Source of the DNA: Negaprion brevirostris
Taxonomy: Eukaryota
DNA length: 64,000 bases
Assembly (NCBI GenBank): GCA_030324005.1
Contig: JARDVH010000099.1
Location: forward strand, 49,136,343-49,200,342
Direction of reading: 5' to 3'
Part shown: piece after piece, positions 1 to 10,260 of the stretch
Layout: the number at the start of each line of letters is the position of its first letter
Position numbering within the stretch: position 1 is the first letter of the stretch
Program-made: the position numbers and the translations under genes
The notes under the pieces: generated by a model
What the model saw: the letters and a program-made list of their open reading frames with translations, nothing else
Database searches by the model: none
What the model was told of the DNA's origin: nothing

Positions 1-240
1 TTTGCTTCATCATGTTTGGAGTAAAATAACTAGGTTTGTAGGGGGATAAGACAGCATAGTTTGAAACCAATATAATGTTGCTTCCTTTTGCTCTGTGAGC
101 TAACTTATTTAGCAGGTTCCAAGTCTGCAGTGTGACCTGTGTGGAAATTGGCTTCTGTACATTTCAGATAGTGAATAGTATACAAAGGAATAGCTACACA
201 AATTTTCTTTACCTAGATTATAGGCAACCTTTGTGTTTTG

Positions 241-450
241 TTCGTTGAAGGGATGTGGGCATTGCTGGCAAGGTCTAATTGCCCTCGAAGTTGGTGGCGA
301 GCTGCCTTGTTGAACCTCTGCAGTCCGTGTAGTATAGGTACACCCCAGTGCTGTGAGGGAGGGAGATCAGATTTTTGACCTAGTGGAAGAAAAGGAAAGG
401 TGGGATATTACCAAGTCAGGATGCTGTGTTACTTGGAGGGAAACTTTACT
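241..450 (-). mobile_element. 3' end fragment of a CR1-group LINE (same family as 25705-25950)
   Basis: Aligns by eye with 25705-25950 (gggatgt..gctgg..ggtggcgagctgcctt..ctgcagt..taggta). Confidence 0.6.
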
Positions 451-1174
451 CTTTAAACAAGTAACAGCTTTTATGACTCACTGTGTAGCTTTGTTATCTG
501 GTGATCTTGCCCAAGTGAGCATTCATAATGTCTGAGCCTAAAAGGTCAAGGTTAGCAAGCTATTTGACTATTGAGTGAATCACAGATGAGCTCATATCCA
601 TCGTCATCGAACATACATTGTGGTTCCAGTACTGGCCACTGGAAAGTGATTTGCAATAGGAGCATTAGATCGTGAATCCAAAGATGTTAAGGAAGAATGC
701 AGTGCTGCAAATTATTTTTCTGGCCAACGTCATTGAATCAGCACTGACTGAGAATTGAACCTGGAGTTTCTAAGCAGTATGCCTTTGTGCCACATGATAT
801 GGTGCAGTATCCTCAAGCCATTGGGTGCCTCTATGTCTTTAAATGTAACTTTGCCAATCCTTAATTTGCACCACAGTAACTTAGTTTGAATATCAATAAG
901 ACTCTTAAACGTACTTATTTTCTTACAGAATCCTGTTCTGCTAAAGTATATGATGAACTGAACAAGACACCTGCATGCAAATAAACCAATATGTCGTTGC
1001 TCCTGTGACCTTTCCTTATACAATTTAAAATTCAAATATGCCATTCTATCGGCTTTTTGAATGAAGCGCAATACATTGTCAGAAAATGTTTATGGATAAT
1101 GTTTTTCAGTTTTTGGTTTCTAGCAAACAGTTTTCAAATAATTGCTTCAGTATTAATTGTAGAGGTGTGCATCA

Positions 1175-1560
1175 AAAGTTTGCAGTATTTATATAGCTTC
1201 TTTCACATAGAAACGCATTGGCTACAAGGAATATGAATGTTATGGCATGAGCTGGTGAGATTAGAAGGAAGGTTATGACCAAAAACTTAGTCAGAGAGGT
1301 TGAGAACCTTGAGGCAGAGAGAGAGGGAGAGAGGAGAAGGAGCAGAAGAGTTAAGGCTAAAAATCAAGAGTGTATGTTTAGAAGACTGAAGGCACCATTG
1401 GCAGGGTGAAGGAGGAAATGCACAAAGGACTGGGAGTTGGAGGAATGGGGAGCTGGTTGGGACAGAGAAGACTATGGTGTTATAAGGCTACTTACGGATG
1501 TGGGAGGGATAGTGCTAGGAAAGGATGTAAAGATGCAAATGTGAGCAGGACAGTTTATAA
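1175..1560 (-). mobile_element. Old L2-type LINE 3' fragment
   Basis: Begins with the reverse complement of an L2 tail (ttgca..tttatatagc..ttt), followed by a purine-rich stretch resembling 19160-19620. Confidence 0.45.
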
Positions 1561-2891
1561 CTCATCCTTATTGGGGATATACATCTTTAATATAGGGAAT
1601 AGGAAAGGAAAAGCTAAATGCTGAAACTTTATGGAAAATGTCTTCAAACACACAACAGCTAATTCATCTGAAAAAAGAGATTAGTCCCACTGGTCTCGGC
1701 TGAAATGTCAACTTGTTTTTCACTTTATATAATGACTGGCCCATTCTATATTTTCCAGAAATTTCTGTTTTGATTATATGTGTTTATTTAGTAAGCCAGA
1801 TAGATTAGGTGTTTTAATCAATTGAAGGAAGACTGAGTAACTTTTGAGTAACTGCAAGGAAAGTGAAAACTTTAATTAATTGTAACTTTTGCATGTAAAA
1901 AATGCTTAATTTACATATTATTTGAAAACTATTGAATATTTCATTGTCCCCTTTGCGCTCAGAGAAGGGTTTATTTTGAAATTCTAATTGACATCGGTGG
2001 CTCATTGGTAAAATACACATGAGGTTTGAATCTGAGAATAGGTTTGAGGCCTCCCAACTACGGCCTTGAGCTGAAGTTGATGCATTCCCCCTGCTTTGTT
2101 ACTCTGACAAACTGGAAGTTCTCATCAGGTGCCAAGGGTAAGCACTTATATCTCCTAAAGGTAAGACACAGCATAGATATGGTAATGTCCAGTTAGAGTT
2201 GATCATTATACAGGTAATGGGAAAGGTTGGGGGGAATACTTTGGTTCAGGGTGGGGTGGTGGATAAAAGTCAGAATCCTGACCCAACCATTATTTGTTAA
2301 GCTTTCCCAATCTAATAATAGATGGCTGGATTTCTTGAACATCCATAAACCTGACAACTGCATTGAGGAAAGGACTTCAAATCAAGGAAGCAAGCACCTT
2401 AATTCCTACCCCTGGATTTATTGTTTCTGGGTGACTCCTGTGACCAGGCACCCCATTGACTTCGTCCATCTCATCCATCTCATTTCCTGAGATCTCTCTG
2501 ATCCCTTTAGCTCTGAATTTTGTTATCCCCGTACCAACATGGGAACTCCATTGGTCTGCTTTTGCTTACCTGAAGGCCATTAACTCAATTGATCTGATTG
2601 GCTTCTGCGTGAGGAGCCAGTTTGAGAGGAAATTCAGACTTTCTGACTCATGGCATCTTACTGACCACATAACACCGTCCCTCCCACTCTGCCAGGCCAG
2701 ATAAATAAATAAATCCTGGCTATTGTGTCCCTCATTTGGTTGAACAAACACATAGAAAGTGCACAGCCTTACCTTGCCAGGTAACCTCATCTTTGATGCC
2801 AAAATAGTAGGAAAGATTACAATGTCAGATTTACATTTTCGTGATCTCAGAAGCTTCCAGTTGCAACCATTCTCCACATAAAAATGAACAT

Positions 2892-3032
2892 TTTGGTTTG
2901 ATTTATTATTGTCACACGTGTTATCCCAGTGAAACGTATTGTTTCTTGTGTGCTAAAAAAACATACCATTCATAGAGAAGGAAAGGAGAGAGTGCAGAAT
3001 GTAGTGTTACAGTCATAGCTAGGGTGTAGAGA
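2892..3032 (-). mobile_element. Non-LTR retrotransposon 3' tail running into an assembly gap
   Basis: tttgatttattattgtcaca..catagagaaggaaaggagagagtgcagaatgt. A near-identical copy is at 19349-19469. The minus strand ends in aataaatcaaa repeats. Confidence 0.65.
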
Positions 3033-3883
3033 NNNNNNNNNNNNNNNNNNNNNNNNNNNNNNNNNNNNNNNNNNNNNNNNNNNNNNNNNNNNNNNNNNNN
3101 NNNNNNNNNNNNNNNNNNNNNNNNNNNNNNNNNNNNNNNNNNNNNNNNNNNNNNNNNNNNNNNNNNNNNNNNNNNNNNNNNNNNNNNNNNNNNNNNNNNN
3201 NNNNNNNNNNNNNNNNNNNNNNNNNNNNNNNNNNNNNNNNNNNNNNNNNNNNNNNNNNNNNNNNNNNNNNNNNNNNNNNNNNNNNNNNNNNNNNNNNNNN
3301 NNNNNNNNNNNNNNNNNNNNNNNNNNNNNNNNNNNNNNNNNNNNNNNNNNNNNNNNNNNNNNNNNNNNNNNNNNNNNNNNNNNNNNNNNNNNNNNNNNNN
3401 NNNNNNNNNNNNNNNNNNNNNNNNNNNNNNNNNNNNNNNNNNNNNNNNNNNNNNNNNNNNNNNNNNNNNNNNNNNNNNNNNNNNNNNNNNNNNNNNNNNN
3501 NNNNNNNNNNNNNNNNNNNNNNNNNNNNNNNNNNNNNNNNNNNNNNNNNNNNNNNNNNNNNNNNNNNNNNNNNNNNNNNNNNNNNNNNNNNNNNNNNNNN
3601 NNNNNNNNNNNNNNNNNNNNNNNNNNNNNNNNNNNNNNNNNNNNNNNNNNNNNNNNNNNNNNNNNNNNNNNNNNNNNNNNNNNNNNNNNNNNNNNNNNNN
3701 NNNNNNNNNNNNNNNNNNNNNNNNNNNNNNNNNNNNNNNNNNNNNNNNNNNNNNNNNNNNNNNNNNNNNNNNNNNNNNNNNNNNNNNNNNNNNNNNNNNN
3801 NNNNNNNNNNNNNNNNNNNNNNNNNNNNNNNNNNNNNNNNNNNNNNNNNNNNNNNNNNNNNNNNNNNNNNNNNNNNNNNNNNN
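3033..3883. other. Assembly gap (851 N), the largest of many gaps
   Basis: Run of N. Confidence 1.
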
Positions 3884-4689
3884 AGATTTGATCTGAATCA
3901 CTGTTAATGATATGGCAGGATAAGTTTGAGGATGGTTTCAGTGTTATAGCTAAACAAATTTTGCTACATTGTTAAAAAATGCTGATTACGTCTGGACCAT
4001 CGAGACTGAATTTTTTTCCTCTGTGTTTGAAGGAGCTGTAGGTGTATATGCTCACACGTTAAATGTGAGAAGTTGCAGGTTCATTTTTATCCTGTCTGGA
4101 TTAAAATCTGACAGGGGAATTGTCTACTTATTGCAGAATTTTATTTTTATTGTAGATACGGCTCAGGGAAGGGGAGCAGGGGTGATGGGGAGATTTAATT
4201 GTGTTTTCAATGAATGGTAAATTGTGTTATTCACAACACATTTTCTGACACAACAATATTAACCCTGTAGATAACCTTGTAGCAGGATTGATTTCTTGAT
4301 TGAAAGATGCTGAGATGAAAGTTGAGTGTTGTAATTTTTGGGGATATGTTTGGGAAATTGTGAGTCTATGGCAGAGGAGACCTGTGCTTTCCGTGTGGAT
4401 CGTAGAGGAACAGCCTGCCCTTTTTGGTGTGCAATGCAAATCAAAAAATGTACCTTGACTCCTCTGACTTGGTGGGGAGAACTACAGCCGCTTCCACACC
4501 AGGCCACCAGTTAACACCGTAGTCTATTTAATTGAGACCCTGCACGCATATTGAAAGACCTCCTGGCTTTGGATGGATGTCCTTGGTGTTTGGCTAGCTA
4601 GTAAAATGTGTTACGGAAATAACCTGGGAAACTGTGCTTATTATTTGTATCCATTATCTCCATGTTTCTATATTAAATTCATTTTGTTT

Positions 4690-5730
4690 TTATATAGCAA
4701 ACAGTATCTGACTAATTAGAGTTGCTTGAAGAAGTAACAAGCAACATGGTTAGAAGGGAACCTGTGGATGTACTGTATTAAATTTCTGGAAGGCATTTGA
4801 CAAAGTGCCACATTAAAGGTTATGGGCTGACATACCACATGCGTAGAGGATTGTTGAGCTAACAGCAAACAGTAGGCGTAACTGGGTAATTTTTAAATTG
4901 ACAAGACGTAACTAGTGAAGTGCCATAGGGATCAGTGCTGGGGCGTCAACTATTGAGAATCTGTGTCATTGATTTGGATGAAAGTACAGTTGAAAAATTG
5001 CTAATGACACAAAGCTAGGTGGAGAGGACAGGGAGTCTGCAAAGGGATATAGGTAGGTTAAGTGAGTGGGTGGCAAATTGGCAGATGGGATGTGGGAAAA
5101 TGTGAACTTGTCCACATTGGTAGGTAGAATAGAAAAGTAGCATGTTATCTCAATAGGAAGAGAGATTAGAGAACTCTGTGGTACAGAGGGATCCAGGTGT
5201 TTTGGTACATGAATCATAGAAAATTAGTATACAGGTACAGCAAGTGACAAGGAAGACAAATATAACGTTGTTTATCACAAGGGGAATGGAATATAAAAGT
5301 AAGAATGTTTTACAATGGTTGTACAGAGTATTGGTGAGACCACGTCTGGAGTACTGGGTACAACTTTGGTCATCTTATTTAAGAAAGGACATAATTGCGT
5401 TAGAAGCAGTTCAGAGAACGCTCGCTTGACTGATTCCTGGGAAGAGGAGGTTATCTTCTGAGGAAAAGTTGAGCTTGTAACCAGTGGTGATTAGGAGAAT
5501 AAGTGATGATCTTATTAGTGATCCTGAAGTTACTTGACAGAGTAGATGCTGAACGGATGTTTCCACTTGTGGGAGAGACCACAGCTAGGCAGCAAGCTTT
5601 AAATAAACGTGCCTCCCATTTAAGACAGAGATAAGGAGAATTATTTGAGGCGATAATCCTCAGCCATGATGTTAGTGAATGGGAAAGCAGGCTGCTGGGG
5701 CTGAATGGCCTACTTCATATGTTCGTATGT
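4690..5730 (+). mobile_element. Degenerate CR1 (HER1-like) LINE, RT to 3' end
   Basis: KAFDKVPH (aaggcatttgacaaagtgccacat), gtgccatagggatcagtgctggg (VPQGSVLG relic), LYRVLVRPRLEYWVQLWSSYLRKDIIALEAVQR, and tail ctgaatggcctact. Confidence 0.9.
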
Positions 5731-6236
5731 AACAGTAGGTGCTTGAATCATGGGTGGATGGTGAGCTTCAAGAGCAACAGTAATAATTACTGAAGTTACA
5801 CTTTAATTCAGTCCTTCTCAATTTTTTTTTCTGGTGTGACCCCATTTTAATTCCCCTGACTCTTGACCCCAGAATGAAAATTAGGGGCATAGGGGGAGTT
5901 TGTTTTTTGTGGTGATGATGGGTGGCTTTCAGTTGTTGAGTGGGGGTGGGGGAAGTAGGGCCAGGATAAAACAAAAGAGCAAGATAACAACCGTTATTAT
6001 TTGATCATTAAAGTGCACACTAGCTTTAAACATGTGAAAATAGTGTGTTTTTAAACATAAGCTATATTGTGAAATGTTACCTTGTCTGCTAGCCCTAGTG
6101 AGACATGCATGTTGTGGTAAAATTTCTCAATTTTGTAGTGTGGTTGACAGTGCACGTCAGATCTCCAATGTGACATCCAGGTTTGATCAATGTTCAGATT
6201 TGCTGCAGACTAATATGTTTTAAAAAAAAATGTAAG

Positions 6237-6420
6237 AGGTGAGATTCCCTGGGCCCCGCTCAGCGTTTTTCTCAGTGGCGGGAGGTGGTACATTGTTTGT
6301 GTCAATGGGAATTCCCTTTGAAGCCACCCCATGTTGTCAGGGAATCAGTGGCAGAGGGCAGGACCAGAGACACTGAGGCTGCCCTGGGAAGCTTGTCCCC
6401 TCCTCTCTCCGCCCTGCCAA
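6237..6420. mobile_element. Degenerate copy of the 45540-45723 Harbinger-type MITE
   Basis: Shares the internal aatggga(a)tt(t)ccc/tnttgaagccacccca sequence with 45540-45723. Confidence 0.55.
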
Positions 6421-6573
6421 CTGAAAGTGGGGAAAATAATTTGAGCATGTGTGTGATGAGACCTCAGAGCCACTCACAGGCCTTTCCCAATGGATTTTCT
6501 GCTCCACAGTCGCCATAATGGCCTCAGAACGCAAGATCTCTGATCCACATTTTGGGAACTCTTATGTCCTAAC

Positions 6574-6893
6574 CCAGTAGTTAGCACTCCTGCCTCACAG
6601 CACCGGAGACCCGGGTTCAGTTCCAGCCTTGAGCGACTGGATGGAGTTTGCACATTCTCCCTGTGTCTGCATTGGTTTTCTCTTGGTGCTCTGATTTCCA
6701 TGGATTGACCATGCTGAGTTGCCCCTCAGTGTCCCAAGATGTGTAGATTAGGGGGATTAGCAAGGTGATTGCGTGAGGTTGTGGGGATGGTGGGAGGGAA
6801 TGGATGCTCAGTCAGAAAGTTGGTGCAGACTCAATGGGCTGAGTGGCCTCCTTCTGCTCTGTAGGGATTCTTGTGATTCTATTCTATGATTCT
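6574..6893 (+). mobile_element. HE1-type V-SINE with CR1-derived tail
   Basis: tRNA-like head (gttagcac..cctcacagcacc..gggttc), V-domain ggagtttgcacattctccc, tail gactcaatgggctgagtggcctccttctg..(attct)n. Confidence 0.85.
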
Positions 6894-9242
6894 TAATCAC
6901 TAGCAATGGGAAAATGCTGTTGTTGGCAACCATGAGATCTTGCAAAACATTGTTTTTTTTTGCCGCGTGTCTCACTGTTCAGAGAAACTGTTGAAAGGTG
7001 TGTGCATTGAGACACATATTCCTGTGGATGGCAGTAAAGTGCCCATAATTAGTGTGTGCGTGTGCTTGACATTTGTCAACGATAGAACAGCCTGATCTTT
7101 GTTTCCAGAATTCAGACAAGTAAAAGTGACTAGTGGAGCAAAGATAACTATATTGTTGATCATATTGTGCAGTGCACATGCCAGCGAATCTAATCTGTTC
7201 TTCAGATCCCACTCTAAAAGCTTACCTCTTGCTTGAGTGGTGTGCCAACCTATAAAACTTGAAAACCAAAGCAGTCAGCTGAAGCGCTGTGCAACTGAGA
7301 GAAAATAGACGCGAATAAAGGCAATGACCAAGGCCCAGTGCTGCAAGGTAACTGAAGTTTTAATGCATTGAAATTCAGAATTCTTATTGCATGTTTTGGT
7401 GTCACATTCTGCAACTTGTTCATTTTCCTGGTAAAACAGGAGCTTCATGTGTTCATCTGTGAAAATGGTTTGCTACAATGGGAATAAACTGGGCCATGAT
7501 CTTGTAACTTTAAGCTGAAGTGATGCCCTTGTATTACATGTATTACATGTATCACATGTATAAGATGTATAAGATGGAAATGAACATCAAAGTACATATA
7601 GGTGGAATTTGTGCAGTAGTGGATCTAATNNNNNNNNNNNNNNNNNNNNTTCCAGGTGGGTATTAGGAGATGTATAATCTTAAGAGAAGCTTGGATTATT
7701 GACAGTTTTGTTGTTTTCTTTACTCCCAGTGCTTTGAAGTGTAGTGGGACTCCAAAATTGGGTTTCTAATTATGGCAGTGGTGGTAACAGTCAATTCCCG
7801 TGGTCAAAACCTAGTTCCATTTAAAATCCACTTAAATGTATAAGATTTATAAATATTTTAAGCTTTTTTTGATTATAAATAGGTTGCCTAACGGCTCTGT
7901 CCCATCAGATGATCGTACTGAATGTCTTGTTGCCAAGCCACCCACTCTCACAGCCAAGCTCCTGTCTTCATGTGGCACTGTACAATAATCTCCCCCCATA
8001 TGGAGCAATTGGTGATTGTTTCTCATTGTTTGCTGCTGTGGTTATCTGGTATCACCAAAGCATCACATACAATTGCCTTGGAAACTCATTACAGCAAGTA
8101 AATTTAATTGAGCCATGATTCCCTGATTGAGTGTGCAATTCAAAGTATTTGGTAATAGTCAAAAAATAAATTACATGCCCTCATTCTGCCTTCAGATTCT
8201 CCATTCACTAGGAATCTAGGCAGCAGAAGAGAACCGGTGGATATTATCGTTGCCATGCATTGCATTTAACCAGATGTTTTACTTTATCAGTTTTACTTTA
8301 TCCTCCCATGTGCTCACCCTGTTCAAATTAGAATGCAACAGACTCCAAGATTGTTGTTTTTTTTTGAGCTACTTCTGCTTAATTTCCCCTATTTCTCTGC
8401 ACTCAAAAACTGTCAGCTCAGAGTAAGGCCAGGTTTCCCGAATATCTATTTATTGATTTTCCCTGCCTCCCTCGAATCCAATACGTCACTAACAATCAAC
8501 AGTCTGACTTCAAAACAGAAGGTGGAGTGTTGAATTCCCAAAGCTGCCTGCCGTACCAGTTCAGTTGTCGTTCATCATCCACCCATTGAATGGCTAGATG
8601 AAATAGCGCATTCAAGTCATGGCTTCATCTGACAAGGAAACAATGCTTTCCTTTTAAGATCCTGGGGGTAGTTTTTGTTCAGGGTCTTATGTCACATGGA
8701 AACATACACCACAGAAGGAGACCATTTGGTCTGTCAAGCTTGTGCCAGCTCTTTGAAAGAGCTTTCCAATGTAGTCCCACATTGCAGTTTTTTCCATGTA
8801 CCCATAAAAATGAATCTTCAAGTAGATGTCCAATGCTTGAATAATTGCTATGTTTTAAAAGCACTTCCAATTCATAGGTAACACAAGGCAATCTATGTAA
8901 TGTAAAGTTTCATGGTTTTTTGGCCAAACCTTTTTTGCAAAACAGTTTGTAATCAACAAATTTATGCCAGGTGCTCTGTATTATACATAATAACATGCTG
9001 ATTAATAGACTATAACTTTAAAAAAGGAAGGCAACATAAGAATTGTTCTGAATATATTCTCCAACTACAAGAGATTGCACTGGAGATATTCTTTATTAAA
9101 ATAGTTACCCACTTGTGTCTCTATCTCTGCCTCTTTCTCAATATCTACGAATATGTATTAGGTCTAATTGATATCCACAAACATATTTTTACATAGCCAT
9201 TTGGTAGTATAGAACTTAAGTATTGCTGAAACAAGAAGACAC

Positions 9243-9279
9243 ACTATCAAAGTTTTTCACCTTGCACTCACCAGAAATT
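9243..9279 (-). ncRNA. Degenerate minimal hammerhead ribozyme motif (copy A)
   Basis: Minus strand reads CUGGUGA-GUGCAAGGU-GAAA-AACU-UU-GAUAG. Core change A6 to G. Confidence 0.5.
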
Positions 9280-9656
9280 TCCAGCAGTAATGGAGGAACA
9301 ATTTATGCCGCATGAGGAGAGAGTGCTGATTGGCTGGTGGAGGCATTGCCATGGAGAATACATAACGGAACAGTAAACTGCCCAGCTTTATCTCAACAAT
9401 TGGCAGATCGTATCAAACAACATCCCTTTGGGCAGCAGGCAAAGTACTGACCATATCTAACTAGCCCCCGCTTGCGCACTCAAAATGTATTGTCCAGTAT
9501 TAGATGTGATTCCATGATTGGACAACACTTATTAAACAATTCTGATTACACTGAAAATTTATTTAAGATTGTCATTGGTTTCGCAGTGAGGCTCACTTAT
9601 GTATGCTAGAATCTACTTCTATTCATGCATACAGCCCTGTCTTTTGCAAGCAGAAG

Positions 9657-9968
9657 GAACATAGAATCTCTACAGCGCAGAAGAAAGCCATTTGGTCCAT
9701 CAAGTCTGCATCCACTCTTTAACAGCACATCTTACCCAGGCCCTATCTCCGTAACCCCATGCATTTACCCTGCTAATCCCCTAACTTATACATTTTTGAC
9801 ACTAAGCGGCAGTATAACACGGCCAATCTACCTAACCTTTCCACCTTTGGACTGTGGGAGGGAATTGGAGCACCTGGTGCAGACTCCACACAGGCAGTTG
9901 CCCAAGGCTGGAATCAAACCTGGGTCTCTGGTGCTGTGAGGCAGCGGTGCTAACCACTGTGCTGCCAC
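9657..9968 (-). mobile_element. HE1-type V-SINE inserted in the Penelope-like ORF
   Basis: Reverse complement of the 6574-6893 family (ggtgctgtgaggcagcggtgctaaccactgtgctgcc). Possible short acat target duplication. Confidence 0.88.
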
Positions 9969-10220
9969 ATGTATGCCTCTTTCAACTAAACAAAAGCTTA
10001 AGGAACTGTCATTCTCTGGTTTGTTTCTCATGGCAACACCATGACCAATCAAAGTGGACCCTGGCCAGTTTGAATTTGAACAAAACTGGGCAGTTAATTA
10101 TTTCATGCTGCATTCTCCATGGCACCTCTTCCAATCAGAGTCCATTTGTCAAACAATCTGCACTATCTTCTCAGGCAATATCAGTTGTCGTTCTGCTATT
10201 GCTGTTGATAATTTCCTGCT

Positions 10221-10260
10221 GGCCATCCTGATGAGTGCAAGATGAAAAGCTTTGATACCC
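10221..10260 (+). ncRNA. Minimal type-I hammerhead ribozyme motif (copy B, best preserved)
   Basis: auc-CUGAUGA(10228-10234)-GU GCAAG AU-GAAA(10244-10247)-AGCU-UU-gau. All core nucleotides are present, stem III is the palindrome AAGCUU, and stem I is auc/gau. Confidence 0.7.

Noticed and set aside
1660-1775. Possible second-family Penelope terminus or hammerhead (ctgaaatgtcaac..ttttccagaaatttctgttttg); similar at 35040-35095
   Set aside because: Too degenerate: no intact CUGANGA core or stems.
2921-3901. Long ORFs made of X (also 33352-33989, 41225-41848, 42198-42767, 48852-49392)
   Set aside because: They are artefacts of N gaps.
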